64,000 bases of DNA, taken from contig NC_027217.1 of the NCBI RefSeq assembly GCF_000981445.1, positions 2,356,001-2,420,000 of the forward strand, given 5' to 3'. The DNA comes from Babesia bigemina. Lineage: Eukaryota. Of this stretch, positions 1 to 11,900 are shown in pieces; the stretch's first letter is position 1; every line of letters begins with the position of its first letter. The notes below the pieces were generated by a model. It saw only the letters and a list, made by a program, of their open reading frames with translations, did not search any database and was not told the origin of the DNA. A program made the translations under genes and the position numbers.

Positions 1-1
1 T

Positions 2-646
2 ATGTTAGAACATAACAATCAATATAGCGATGTTACAATAAAATCCCATGGCGACGCAATTTTGATATCCATGGATCCAGATCACTCGGCGTACGTGCCA
101 ATGACATTCGTTTGCGGTAAGGAGTTTCTAGAATCAGAGTTGCTTCAGTTCAACGATGAAGATTTTGGAGATACCATTGCCCAGGTTTTACCGCCGTTAG
201 AGGAATACACGTGGAACGTAGTTCAAATTGACGTCGAGATGACGGACCCATACATGCAAGGGTGCGGAATTACTGAGTCAAGAGATACGTTATTCAAGCC
301 CGAGACACCCAAAATATACGATGCGGAAGGGAAGGCAATCGGTTGCAAAATCGACATTCAGACTGCGGATGAGGCGGCGTTCTACTGCCCAGCGCCGTAC
401 GTCCTGGACCCACCCAATTGTTTCGACCATGTCTACGTCAATGGTGAAGTGATGAACCTAAGCGAGGTCAGCTATTCGTTGGTAGCGTCTCGAACTAATC
501 ACTTTGTCACGCTGGAGTTCGACGGCAGAGTCGTAGGAGCTGGAGAAATGCTGCGCCAGACGCCGCCGTTGGAGTGCCGCTGCGTGACCATCAAGGGCAT
601 CGTTCTCTCCACCATCCAGATCGAGAACTATTACGCCAAAGTATGA
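2..646 (+). CDS. 3' end of a 6-Cys (s48/45-domain) family protein, probably 5'-truncated by the window
   Basis: Six Cys in s48/45 spacing: QGCG..IGCKI..FYCP..LDPPNCF..ECRC. Ends IQIENYYAKV* with no obvious GPI signal. Confidence 0.7.
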   Translation: MLEHNNQYSDVTIKSHGDAILISMDPDHSAYVPMTFVCGKEFLESELLQFNDEDFGDTIAQVLPPLEEYTWNVVQIDVEMTDPYMQGCGITESRDTLFKPETPKIYDAEGKAIGCKIDIQTADEAAFYCPAPYVLDPPNCFDHVYVNGEVMNLSEVSYSLVASRTNHFVTLEFDGRVVGAGEMLRQTPPLECRCVTIKGIVLSTIQIENYYAKV

Positions 647-1804
647 ATAACTCAGATTTGGTAAATCTTGTTGTCAATGACAGAGTTTAATTGTCATAGT
701 TCATGTTGTTCGATTTGCTGATTTGTGTCTCCAGTGGTTGCATAGTTCTTGCTTAGATTTTGATAGTTGCCGGTGCTGAGTTGGCATCGTATTTTTGTGT
801 TGTAATACATGTTTGTAGTTTTGTGTTAGCGATACCATGTCGTGCCAGTAATGGGATTTGATGCCACGTCTCATAAGACAAGTAGTGTATGTCTGGCACA
901 CTTCGGGAAGGTGCAAGGTTTTGCGTTGGTGATCTCATAAAAACCTAAAAATCAGCCTATGAACCAAATACTCAACGAGAGATGTATTGCGGCAATGATC
1001 ATTGTCCCACAGTAACTTCGCCAATTTAATCAACCCACTACTATGGTGAATGGCCACCCTACACTGTTGGAGAAAAATTAAACCATAAAGCAGTTCATTT
1101 GCTCACTGCGTGTTCACAGCACTTCACATCATAACTATTCAGAAGGCTGAAGTGACTTATATTGATAATTACTAAACCACAGTTACCCGTGCCCGCCCAA
1201 CGCAGCGGCAGCCTACGGCTTGCTGGGATTGATGAGGGGAAATTACAGAGCGATTCATAACGGTGTGTTAACTTTGAGGAACGTGATACATGTATGAGAA
1301 ACGCAGTTAATGTCAGATGGGTATGAAACGTTCTCTACACCCCTTGCCTCAATGAGGACTCCGACAGCAGGAAGGTAGGGATGTAAAAAGGTGCATCAGA
1401 TTAAGTCGTTTAATGTCAACATAATGACACTACATAAAATGATACTCATAGAAGTAGTTTTTCGTGTGGATTGGTGTGGTTGTTCAGCCGGATAGATGTT
1501 GGTGTTTCAGCATGAATGGCAGAACGCCTATACCAGACAGGAGATGCATAGCCTTAACAAGGTACGCAGGTCTGTCGATTCCATTCGATTCTACCAAAGC
1601 GTAACAGTAAGAATCAGTTATGTCGCACCACTCTACGCGAAAATTTGGTACCTCCAATACGGTTGCCCAGCGATATATGGGCCAAGCTCAGCAACACAAG
1701 GGAGCAAAATCGGGGAAAGTTATGATGGACCCATCAATGCGATTGTATCGGAAGTTGTTGGATACTAACCAGATACTGCTTCGTAACACTGAACGTGTCG
1801 CCGA

Positions 1805-2358
1805 ATTTTCTCAGTGCACTATGATTCTGAGTTGACGAGTTACGTCAGAATCTCCTCCCTAGATGTGTAGCAACTTATATGTCATCGTAATCATAGGGTA
1901 GATACATGATGTGCGAGTGCGTACTGCTGAATTGGTCTTGGGCATTACCCCATGTGTTAGCCACTGGAAAAAGTGCACCCTGTAATTTGCTTGTCTCATC
2001 CTATCGGGAAGTTGAATAATTTTGTGTATCTATGTACAAAATACCAAAATATATAGGCGTATTGCGTCTCATCCATCTAACAAACATAGATATTGCGATA
2101 ACATGCGCTGCGGATGCTGCATGCCACGTCAATGGTATGGATCCGGCTGCCATGGAATAGCTGCGCCGCCGCCTCGCCTTCAACGTACGTCTATTTTACA
2201 CAGAATACACCTAATAGTCCAATTCAACGCACATTTATCGTGTGTTGACACCGCTTTGGTTAATCTGCCATTAAAGCACAGCGGTTATAGACACGCTTCT
2301 AAATACACAAAACCACATACTTTTGTAACTAACGCCTAACATAACGAATCCTTCCAAA
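1805..2358 (+). promoter_or_regulatory. Conserved upstream cassette of ves-like gene 1
   Basis: Blocks 1885-1899, 1935-1968 and 2100-2143 match the reverse complement of 11120-11134, 11052-11085 and 10892-10935 upstream of the second paralogue. Confidence 0.65.
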
Positions 2359-3120
2359 ATGGTTTACCATTCGTTGACTGAGGCCCCTCACAACCTCAAG
2401 GAGGCTGTTGACTGGTTGGTGGCCCTGAAGGGAACTGACGCTGAGAAGAACTTGAGGGCCATTGGTGCTGCAGTTCACAAGTTTCTCGCCGACAAGCCTG
2501 TTGGCAAAATGGATGTACCTGCTGTCGAAGAAGTGAAACTGATCTCTAAGAAATTCCTGGAGAAACTGGAGTTCACGGTTATGTGGCCGACGTCCGTGTT
2601 ACTGGAGAAGTTTAAGAGACCTATGAATAAAAACCCTGGATTTTTCGTTAAAGCCTTTGGGTTTGTCGACAAAAGCGATTATAAGAATGCTGTGGAGGCA
2701 AAGGGTCTCACTGCTGAAGCAATCGCAGAGAACTTGGGTACAGTTGTGTATGGTTGTGAAAAGTTCCTGGGAGAAATCAAAACCCCCGCCACGTACAACT
2801 CTGCATACAGTTCTAAAGCCACATGGGATGCATCATGCGCAAAAGACCCGGAAGCTTGCGCTGTCGTCTTCGTGGGAATCGCGCCAATGTTATGGGCAGG
2901 ACTACATTCCTTGCGCCAAACGATTCTTGACGAACCCCATAGATACATGAGTTATGGTGTAAAAAGTAGCCTGAGTGATGTGTTGAAAGCTTTGGGTTAC
3001 GATGATGACGACTGTTTGCCGGGCGTCAATCGTCCAGATGTTGGCAAAGCATTGAGCGGTTTGAAGCCACGCATATTTGAATTCATCTATGACCTCTGCG
3101 GATTTTGGGCTTTCTACTGA
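2359..3120 (+). CDS. Short VESA1-related (ves2-like) variant family protein, 253 aa
   Basis: N-terminus SLTEAPHNLKEAVDWLVAL is the VESA1 N-terminal signature. Also Y.SAYSSKATWDASCAKDPEACA and a YDLCGFWAFY end. Single exon, no C-terminal TM. Confidence 0.85.
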   Translation: MVYHSLTEAPHNLKEAVDWLVALKGTDAEKNLRAIGAAVHKFLADKPVGKMDVPAVEEVKLISKKFLEKLEFTVMWPTSVLLEKFKRPMNKNPGFFVKAFGFVDKSDYKNAVEAKGLTAEAIAENLGTVVYGCEKFLGEIKTPATYNSAYSSKATWDASCAKDPEACAVVFVGIAPMLWAGLHSLRQTILDEPHRYMSYGVKSSLSDVLKALGYDDDDCLPGVNRPDVGKALSGLKPRIFEFIYDLCGFWAFY

Positions 3121-4455
3121 GTAGATATCGCACGTTAGCTGTACAAGCAGCTACACAAAAAATGGCTCTCCTTCCGTCGTCTCAGTGAGTGGTCATTAGA
3201 ATTCTCACAACCAATCTAATTTATCGATCTATTAATCACCATAATGATGCGTATACACCTCATCCACAATACTACTACCGTCTAATGTGAACAAAGATCA
3301 AGCTAGATCTATACATTATCGCATCAATAATGAAATGTGGCGTGTTGTTTCGAGTCCGACGTTTCAATGTAAGCATGAGCGACAGGCATTGAGCAAAAAG
3401 CCGCAGTCCATAATTCACAATTTCCGTTGTTCATTCGTTTCCGTTTTGCGAGGCAACTAATATTGCTTGATGTGGGCAATTAGTTGTTAGTCTTATGATG
3501 TTTAACGGGATGCAATTGGCTAAATCAACCAGCGAGCAAAGAACAAGTAATTTTAGCGATTGAAATGAGTCAATAATTTATAACCGTAGTGAAACAGAGC
3601 ACCTCAGCCGTCAACAAACAGGTTGAATGTGTGAGATGGAAGGTATTCTGTCATTTTGCATGTGGGCTGTCTACAACCGTGTGTAATGGCGATGACTCTT
3701 TTATTTCCATACAGCAATGGCTCATTATTAAACACAATTACAGAAGGCAAGGTTTCGGCACGGTATTCCAAACTCGGAGTCCAGTCAGTGCTAATGTACG
3801 AGATGTTGTATGACACTACACTTACAGATAATGTGGCATTATGGATAGGGCACAATTCAAAACTGTTGTGAAAAAGCTCTGCAGGCACCTGCCGTGTCGC
3901 GCTAGTTTATGCATTTTGCTAATGTGTGACTGTCCACAGCATCTTGAACATATAAAAATTCACTTAGACGAGCACGTGATTATGTAGACAAGGCACACCA
4001 TGAAAGGCATGCCTCGAAGGTTTTTTCGTCAGCATATAAAATTTATCGTTGACACTTTCCAAATGCTTCTGAGATTCGTTCTGCGCTCTACAACCGGGTT
4101 ACACATTGTATCAGCACACGGTTCGCCTATTCGTTATTGCTATCATTTAAACGAACCTCAGGTCTCTTGCTACTTAGTTGGACATTTTAAATGCACAGCT
4201 CTATGGTGAAATATGGATGTAAATGTCTTATATCGCTGCCTACGCAACCGCTGTGGCCGGGCCGATTACAGACACAAAAGCAATCCCTGTTACTGTTAAA
4301 ACGTGTCACATCCAGCGCGTTATCAGTCAATTAAGTTACCTTGTCTAGAGTTGGCTGACTTTTTGTGGGCAAGGTTCGGGTTTTGTGTTTATTAGCCACC
4401 GAATTGCCATTGGATGCAAGATGGCTACACATACGATAAGCGGGCTGGAACAGGC

Positions 4456-4644
4456 TCAGAGACCATTGTAATTTTGCGCGTTCCTTGGTGACACAGGCGG
4501 GACTTCATCCCCTGGTAAGTAACGGAACAAGATGTAGTAGTAGATAAGGGCGGTTAGCGCGCTACCGATGACAAATCCGATAAAACCCATCCAGACGCAA
4601 TCCCTTCTTAGCGGTCCCTGATACCCTTTATTCTCCATTGCCAT
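4456..4644 (-). CDS. Small single-pass membrane protein (62 aa), unknown function
   Basis: Clean hydrophobic helix VWMGFIGFVIGSALTALIYYYILF. A candidate 23-nt GTAAGT..CAG intron (4647-4669) lies just upstream of the ATG. Confidence 0.45.
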   Translation of the reverse strand: MAMENKGYQGPLRRDCVWMGFIGFVIGSALTALIYYYILFRYLPGDEVPPVSPRNAQNYNGL

Positions 4645-6337
4645 CCCTGCGAATCAATGAACAACTTACCTAGAAGTTTTTAGCAATTGAGGGGTGCCAT
4701 ACCTACGCTACAGCAGCAGTCATAGAGAGAACGGCATTTACTGTTAGTGTGAGCTACGTGACATCATCTGGAACATGAAATACTTGTCAGGAGCCTGTCT
4801 TTCATATGCACGGCCTAGTTCGAAACTATGGACTCACCACACACCGCTGACCCAATGTGTATTGCATTCAACGATTTCGTCTTGCGTTTAATGTGAGATT
4901 GGTTTCGATCAAAACACAAAACGTTGGACTAAAAGTTGTAGCTTCCTATGCTGAATGCGAGGTTAAGAATATAGAAGGCGCGTCTTCTAGATAGCGGACG
5001 TAATCACTCTACTTACGTTTAGCATTATGAGAGTCTTATTTTACGGAGGGATCGAGCTGTTACATAAATGAACATTAGAACGTCGCCTGACGCTCCACAT
5101 TAAGCTGAAAATAACGCGGCTTAGCTGATGCCAGTATTCACAACTAGTTGCGAAGCTCAGCTGCTTCTACCAACAACCAAATCGTTGTTTTGCATGGTTA
5201 AGATTGTAGCATTGCGCACTTGCCGCGGTTTGTGATGATCATTGACAACTAAGCTGACTGATTTTATAAATTATCCCGGTTAACCTCGCCATTGGTTTAC
5301 CTGCTGCAATCCTTACAAACTATCTGGACACGTATGTTCGTTGATACTCTACTACATTCAACCAACTATGGCCATCACGGGTTCCAAATTCCCTAGCTCT
5401 CATCCCCACCGCACTCCAATAACATTTTCTTTGCGGAGAGCGTGTTCTCGTCCTTGGCCCCGTTTTACCAAGTAGTTACATATGTGCCACTATTTGCCAT
5501 CTTGACACATATAATACAGCAAACATAGTTGATTAGAGTCTTAAATATGACACTGTTACCTTTAATTCTGGTATCAGCTAAACTGGAACAGCATTCAACG
5601 CATTGCTGTTGAACCAATATGATCTCGTGGACAATTTGTAACGCATTTCATCTGGTACCACCGCTGCTACTCTTTCCTTTTGTTTTGCACGGTTGTGAAA
5701 TAATATCTGTTCTTAAACAAAGCACCGCAGACTGGTTGGCACAGTGCCTTTCGTGAAATTCGTCTACGTGTTGCATATACCTGCTGTTCTCACCACATTG
5801 CGCGCTTATTGCTACCAAGTCCCCAGTTATAGGAGGGAAGCGTAAAATGGCGCTGCCCGTACGCTCTAGGTCCTTTGCAAATGTTTAATATACACGAAGC
5901 CTCACAATCAACGCCAAACCAAACCTCCTGACTGATTGCTTACGTTGTTGGTAAATGGTGAACGGACATTCGGTAAATGGGTCAAATGGTATACCCAAAT
6001 AATCGTTAAGTAAGAACTCATATCCCGCTCACCTTCAACAACAAAAGTGGGTGATTGTCATTCACTACGCTGAGATGCCACAGAAGCACTGCGTGAGGTA
6101 CATATACAGTGGATGTATACGCAACCTGTAAAAAGTCTTTGGCCCAAACTGCGGAAGCGAAGTAACACCAGTGAATATACAAAACGGAATGCATGAAGAC
6201 AAATACGGCGCAAATTACGCAATTCAGTGATTAAAATACTTTATGCTAGAGAGAATATGCCATTAATTAGCAATTATGAGAACCGCACAGTCGGCAACTA
6301 CGTGAATGTGTAAGGAGTAGTCCAGAGGCATACAGCA

Positions 6338-6762
6338 TCAGTAGCAGCACGTGCAATCAAACGGGCACAGATCAGTGCCTCCTCCCTTCCCTGTGATTGA
6401 ATTAGTATCATTAAAGAGCATTTGTTATATTCTGGTTTCAACTTACCGATGTTCAGCTCCTCGATGGTGTAGACAGGGAGATTGTCCTCGGTTCTACGAC
6501 GAGCGGTGCCAGAAACGGGCACCTGAGCATACACCTCGCTCTTTCGTGATCTGCTGCTTGAGGATGACGATTCTTTGGCATCGTTTTTGGGTGCCTTGAG
6601 TGTTGTTCGATCGGGAACAGTGGTTGTAGGTTGCCCTTTCAAGGATTTGAACACATCATTTAGCTTCTTCTTCTCATTTTTGTATTCACCAGTTGATTTT
6701 GCATTGCTCTTAGCAACCTTCTTGCTCGTCGAACTGGCGTCAGCAGCGCGCTTTTTGGCCAT
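6338..6762 (-). CDS. DUF1764-family protein (2 exons, intron 6391-6446)
   Basis: Splicing gives the C-terminus RRRTEDNLPVYTIEELNIGKGGGTDLCPFDCTCCY*, the DUF1764 motif. Confidence 0.85.
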
Positions 6763-6997
6763 CCTTGCGATGCCACAAAAACAACGCCGGAATACCAACC
6801 GGACTAGCTGGAACGTATCCTCTCAGGCGTAACGCATTTTTTTAACCAAGCGCTAGTATATTACTCTTTTAGGGAACCTCATGATCACATAAATAGACAT
6901 GGAGGTGTGCGCGCTATCGGGCCGGCACTAACAGACTCCAAGGCCTTCCATACACATTACTGCTCACTGCACCTGGGTCCTTGAAGATGCTGCCACG

Positions 6998-9070
6998 ATG
7001 GTCAGGCTGCTCTTCTGGATGTCCTTAAACCAGGAGTATAATGAACTCATCGAACCGGAATTGGAATCTCTCGCCGAACTGCACGGAATAACGCCAGAAC
7101 AGTTCAAGCTCAGTCACTACAGGGATGAAAACGGGGATTCGGAACCAGTCGTTGAAGACAATGAGTACAACCTGAAGTTCAACGACTACTACACCGCTCT
7201 CGTACGGGGAGAAGAGATCGATGACAAGAGGATCCGGAAAAGTCAGCAGAATGTTTTCTACTACGCAACCGTTCCCTCAGAGGAACATGCTATCGCAATG
7301 TTTGATCGGTCCATACAACTTAAGGCTATCATCGATGTGAGTCAGTAGAAAGTTGTGCTAATTCGCGCAGGTCTGGACTGAGGGGCAAAGATACTCGAAC
7401 ATACTGCAAAACATAAGAACGCAACACCAACACAACGTAGAGCAGACGCTGGTTGGTAAAAGCTGGTGCGTCAAATACAATTGCTTCAATGCGAAAAACG
7501 ACACGGACAAGTTGGTGGCAATCCTGGAGGAAATGACCGAGGTGTTCGAACGCGCCGGAAAAGTTGACATAAAGAATCCGGAAACAAAAATCGCCATAAT
7601 AGAGGTAAGTAGCGCAAATACATCTCGTTTCAACGTTTTTTTAAAACACCTAATTGTCGGTATTTGTTCGAAATTGCTGCTTGCAACCCGCAGTATCGTC
7701 TCTAAAAGGCCTTAATGCGTTGTATGATATGTCAATCACAAGGAGGTTCATGAGATAAAAACGCGTATATGAAACTAACGTTTTCTCAGAATTATTTCGA
7801 CGACAAATCGAGAAACCTCAGAACCATTTACTTTGGGCGCTATCTGCGTGACCGCAGCGACATCGGATACTGGTGGGACCACTATGCGTTATCGAAACGA
7901 CCAATACTGGCTCCGACAACTTTGGAAAACATGCTCGCGTTCATAATGGCCAATTTGGTAAGTCACAGGAAACGCGAATAGTTTAGTTGCGTGGCGTCAG
8001 TGTACTAGTTGGGGTTAAGTGATAATGGTGATGCGGTGCAACGGCATATTTGGCCACAAGTGTGGAGCACTTTTTCTATACGAAAGTGTTATGAATCAGT
8101 GACATAACGTATAGGCTCTAGTCAAGAAAGGATCCGTTGTGCTGGATCCATTCGCAGGGTCTGCGGGTTCATTGATAACGGCGTCGCACTTTGGGTGAGA
8201 GGTGGAATGGCTGGCAAACACATAGATACTATAGAGCTGTGTGTTTCGGGAGTGATATTGATATGCGCATACTCAAGGGCTGGGGAGTAGCGCACCATAA
8301 TCGCAATCTACCCCAATCAGGTAAGGCATTGTCAAACATGCACACAGACACAGCAGACCTGCCCACACACATATACACCAATTTCAAGTTCTACGGCCTC
8401 ACCACGGCGGAAATGCTGCGATTTGACAACCGGTATACGGTAAGTATAACGCATAAGCGAGGCTTCGCGGCGAGCGCCGTCCCTGGTGAATGTTAAACGG
8501 ACATTTGCCGGCGATTGCTGCCCGAACGAATATTATATGCGACACCTGAAGCTCTATTCTTTATCGTATTCAGGTGTGGAGATCCATGGGAGCGTTGCAG
8601 AATTGCCGAAAGGAATGGGTGGATGCCATAATCACAGACCCGCCTTACGGTTAGGAGGCCAACAGTCCGACATTAATGCTTGTGTAGGGATACGTGCCAG
8701 CGCCAAACATCGCAGGCTACTTCATGACGGGACTGGAAACGAAGCTGTGCATTGCCTAATAGGCACACTGCTAGACCTTGCGGAGTCCATGCTGGTCCCA
8801 GGTGGCAGACTGGTCTTCCTCCTGCCAACTAAAAACGACAGGTGGGAGGTACAGGCGAAGACATATTGTTCGCACAGACTCACGGACGCGCTACACGTTA
8901 TCAAGCGAGACAAACTGCTTGTGAAGCATTTGGGCCTGCAGTCTCTAACTGGAGGTGAGCGACACGTGTAGGCAACGGCCGATGTTTATGCAGGTGCTTC
9001 TAGGTTTATAGTGGTCCTCGAGAAAGCTCCAACGCCAATTTCATCTACCGAGGTGGAATTTAAAAATTAA
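6998..9070 (+). CDS. TRM11: tRNA (guanine-10-N2)-methyltransferase, multi-exon
   Basis: Exon pieces KRPILAPTTLE..LAFIMANL, VLDPFAGSAGSLI, GSDIDMR, DAIITDPPYG-IRA and LVPGGRLVFLLP. Confidence 0.9.
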
Positions 9071-9731
9071 TTTAAAATGCTTTGTTTAAAATTGTATGGT
9101 GCTACGTTGCTAAGTTTTGCCACGTGCCTATTTTCACGTCTACTGGACTAGCCCCGCACTACACTGTAGACTATATCCCCCTCTGTGTTGTTGCCATGCG
9201 ATGGCATCCATCTTGCCTTGGCGGGTGCCACTCACAGAGTGGTAACATGTGGGTTTTGTGTTCCTAATCACATAGTAGATCAATTTAAAATTTGTCTGTG
9301 ACCGCAGTTCCCTCTCTTAATCCCCTTTCCCTTCCTCCTATTGAAGTTAGCCGTCTCCAAGACGTTCTCTTCATAGGAGTTTCCTATTTCCACGACGGTG
9401 ACTGTGATCCTCAACCATCCAGATGGCCTATCAGACATTTCCACCGTATGCCGAGGTCATCGGGCCGACTCAGACTCTTGCATTCCAGTCATTTTCATGG
9501 TGTCATAATACGTCCACTACACTATCCACTACGTTTAGTGGTAGGTAAAACGATTAGCAATTTACAAAATGGCCAGGCGATAGGACGTATAAGTCAAAGT
9601 AGTGCAACGGTAGGTCCTTTGGTTTTAAGACGAGATGAGACAGTATCCCACTACAGTGGAATAGCATCGCCCAAATCCGCCAATGTGGGCACACCCGGAT
9701 AATAAATATTGCCCGATCCTAGTGTATTACC

Positions 9732-10640
9732 TTATTTGGCGGACTTCTTACCCTTCTTGTAATTCCAGGCATTCACCAAACCCATGTCAACGTCAACCCC
9801 TGGTATTCCGTATACTTCCCTGTTGGCCATGTAGAATTTGCGAGTCTTTACAGGCTCTGCAGCTTGTGTGTTGGCCTGTCCATAGAAAGCCCAGAATCCT
9901 GCGATGTCGTAGACCTTGTCTAATACATATGGATAAACATCACCCGTAGAATCGCGTATAGCCGAACTGCTCACAGTACCGCGACACCCATGACCGTCGT
10001 AACCCACGGCTTTCAATACATCTCCCAAAGCCCTCTCCGCGTAAGATTCCGGCCCATTTTCAATGGCAGTTCGTGCGGAATCCCATACAGAACGTAGACC
10101 AGCGTACAACATTGGCGCGATTCCCACGAGGACCAATGCGCATTCCCTTGGGTCCTTCGCGCATGATGCATCCCATGTTGCTTCGGAAGTGTAGGCAGAC
10201 TTGTACAGGCTGGGGATTTTGACACCTTCCAATAACTTCTCATATGCATCCACTATGTCAGTAACGTTCTTAATCATGTCTGTACGTTCGATACCCGCGG
10301 TTTGTATGATGTTCTCATAATCGCTATGGTAATTAGCAGTTTGACGCTTCAACCACACATCGTGGGTTTTATCCATATTCCCATTGAATTTCTCCAGCAT
10401 GTCTTTTACGTACCACAGGCCTTGTAACCTCGGCTTCTCCAGAAATTCCTTGGTAATAAGTTTAACTGCTTCGAGGGCGGGTATTTCCGTGTAGCCAACA
10501 GGTCGTTTGACAAGAAACTTGTGAACTGCCTCACCCAGAGCTGCCAAGTTCTTTTCAGCGTCAGTCCCCTTCAGGGCCACCAACCAGTCAACAGCCTCCT
10601 TGAGGTTGTGAGGGGCCTCAGTCAACGAAGTGTACGCCAT
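9732..10640 (-). CDS. Short VESA1-related (ves2-like) paralogue with a basic C-terminal extension
   Basis: MAYTSLTEAPHNLKEAVDWLVALKGTDAEKNL is near-identical to 2359-3120. YDIAGFWAFY is followed by ~49 extra residues. Confidence 0.85.
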   Translation of the reverse strand: MAYTSLTEAPHNLKEAVDWLVALKGTDAEKNLAALGEAVHKFLVKRPVGYTEIPALEAVKLITKEFLEKPRLQGLWYVKDMLEKFNGNMDKTHDVWLKRQTANYHSDYENIIQTAGIERTDMIKNVTDIVDAYEKLLEGVKIPSLYKSAYTSEATWDASCAKDPRECALVLVGIAPMLYAGLRSVWDSARTAIENGPESYAERALGDVLKAVGYDGHGCRGTVSSSAIRDSTGDVYPYVLDKVYDIAGFWAFYGQANTQAAEPVKTRKFYMANREVYGIPGVDVDMGLVNAWNYKKGKKSAK

Positions 10641-11222
10641 CTTGCAATGATTCGTAAGGATGGACAATTGCTATGGAGGTGTGACAACCGCGGTCAACTC
10701 ACAGACTCCTTTGCGACCAATCGCGTGTATAATATGCAGCCTTAACTCTAGCTGCGCTAAAAATCTTTGAAAACAGTCTAGTGGCGTCTCCTTCTAAGAG
10801 ACGTGCGTTTAGTTTAGATATATAAGGCTATGTGTACGCCGAATATGCGTCGTAGAGGGGTGCTTCGGCGACAAAGCTGCTGCCGTAACTAGATCTATAC
10901 CAATGGGCTGGCATGCAGTACCCGCAACGCATGTTGTTTTCGTATTCAAGTTTCAAATTGGAAACGCACACACTTAATATATTTGCATAGACTCATCTAT
11001 GCTTATAAAGTTACTAGGATATGCGTGAGGTTCGTTAGAAGTCCTACGCCCTCCACCGGCTAACACATGGGGTGGTGCCCAAGACGGACGGATATTAGGC
11101 GTTCACATATCCCACAGCCACCCTATGATTACGAGGGGCTGTAAATTACTACATGTTTAGATACGCACCAGTTATATTCTTACGTGAACGACCAACTCAT
11201 CGTCGCCGGAAGCTGAGAAAAT
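10641..11222 (-). promoter_or_regulatory. Conserved upstream cassette of ves-like gene 2
   Basis: Homologous to 1805-2358 (three high-identity blocks plus a shared ACGAATCnTTnCAAnATG start context). Confidence 0.65.
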
Positions 11223-11900
11223 GCCATGATACTATCTCATCTGTGCGTCTCAGCGTTCCTTTACAATACAGGCAACAGCAATCGCTTACCACACTCCAGC
11301 AAAATGCCATGCTCACACGGAAAGACAAACCAACATAGGTGGCTGCATGCGCACCGACTACAGATTACTCCGTACAATTGACGGTAGATTTACCACATCT
11401 GAGCTTCTTGTTACTTGCCTAACAGTTTTCAGTCTGTATGGTCGGCGGGACGATGCCCTTGGTGGTCAGACAGCGGCAGTCCAGCGGCGTCGTCCGGCTC
11501 AGCGTTTCGCCGTGTCCTACGAGTTCGCTGTTGAACTTCAGTGTGACGATATGATTATTGTGCAATGCCATCAGCGACGCAGATGTAGCATACTACACCA
11601 ACAGCGTGAGACGTCCCTCGGTAAAAGCGCAAATCGGCTTATGCCAAGAGTAGTCGCATATATGACACGGTAAAAAACCCAGAGGTGTTACGATACCAAT
11701 TTCCGTTCATACGGCTCACTGCCAGAAGATTCCATATCTGGAAAAATGCAATTTGTGCTCTAAGCTACGTTGCGCACGGCATACCTGAAAAGCAGTCGAA
11801 AAGAATCACATTCCGCCGTTGTGTATGCAGGTTTAGATATTACAATGACATTACAAGCGTCTGTACCACATTAGTTTCCGATGTGCTGCGATAAATCAGT

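Noticed and set aside
647..1800. Short ORFs (701-916, 1496-1768, 1620-1835)
   Set aside because: No recognisable motifs, coding bias or consistent splice model.
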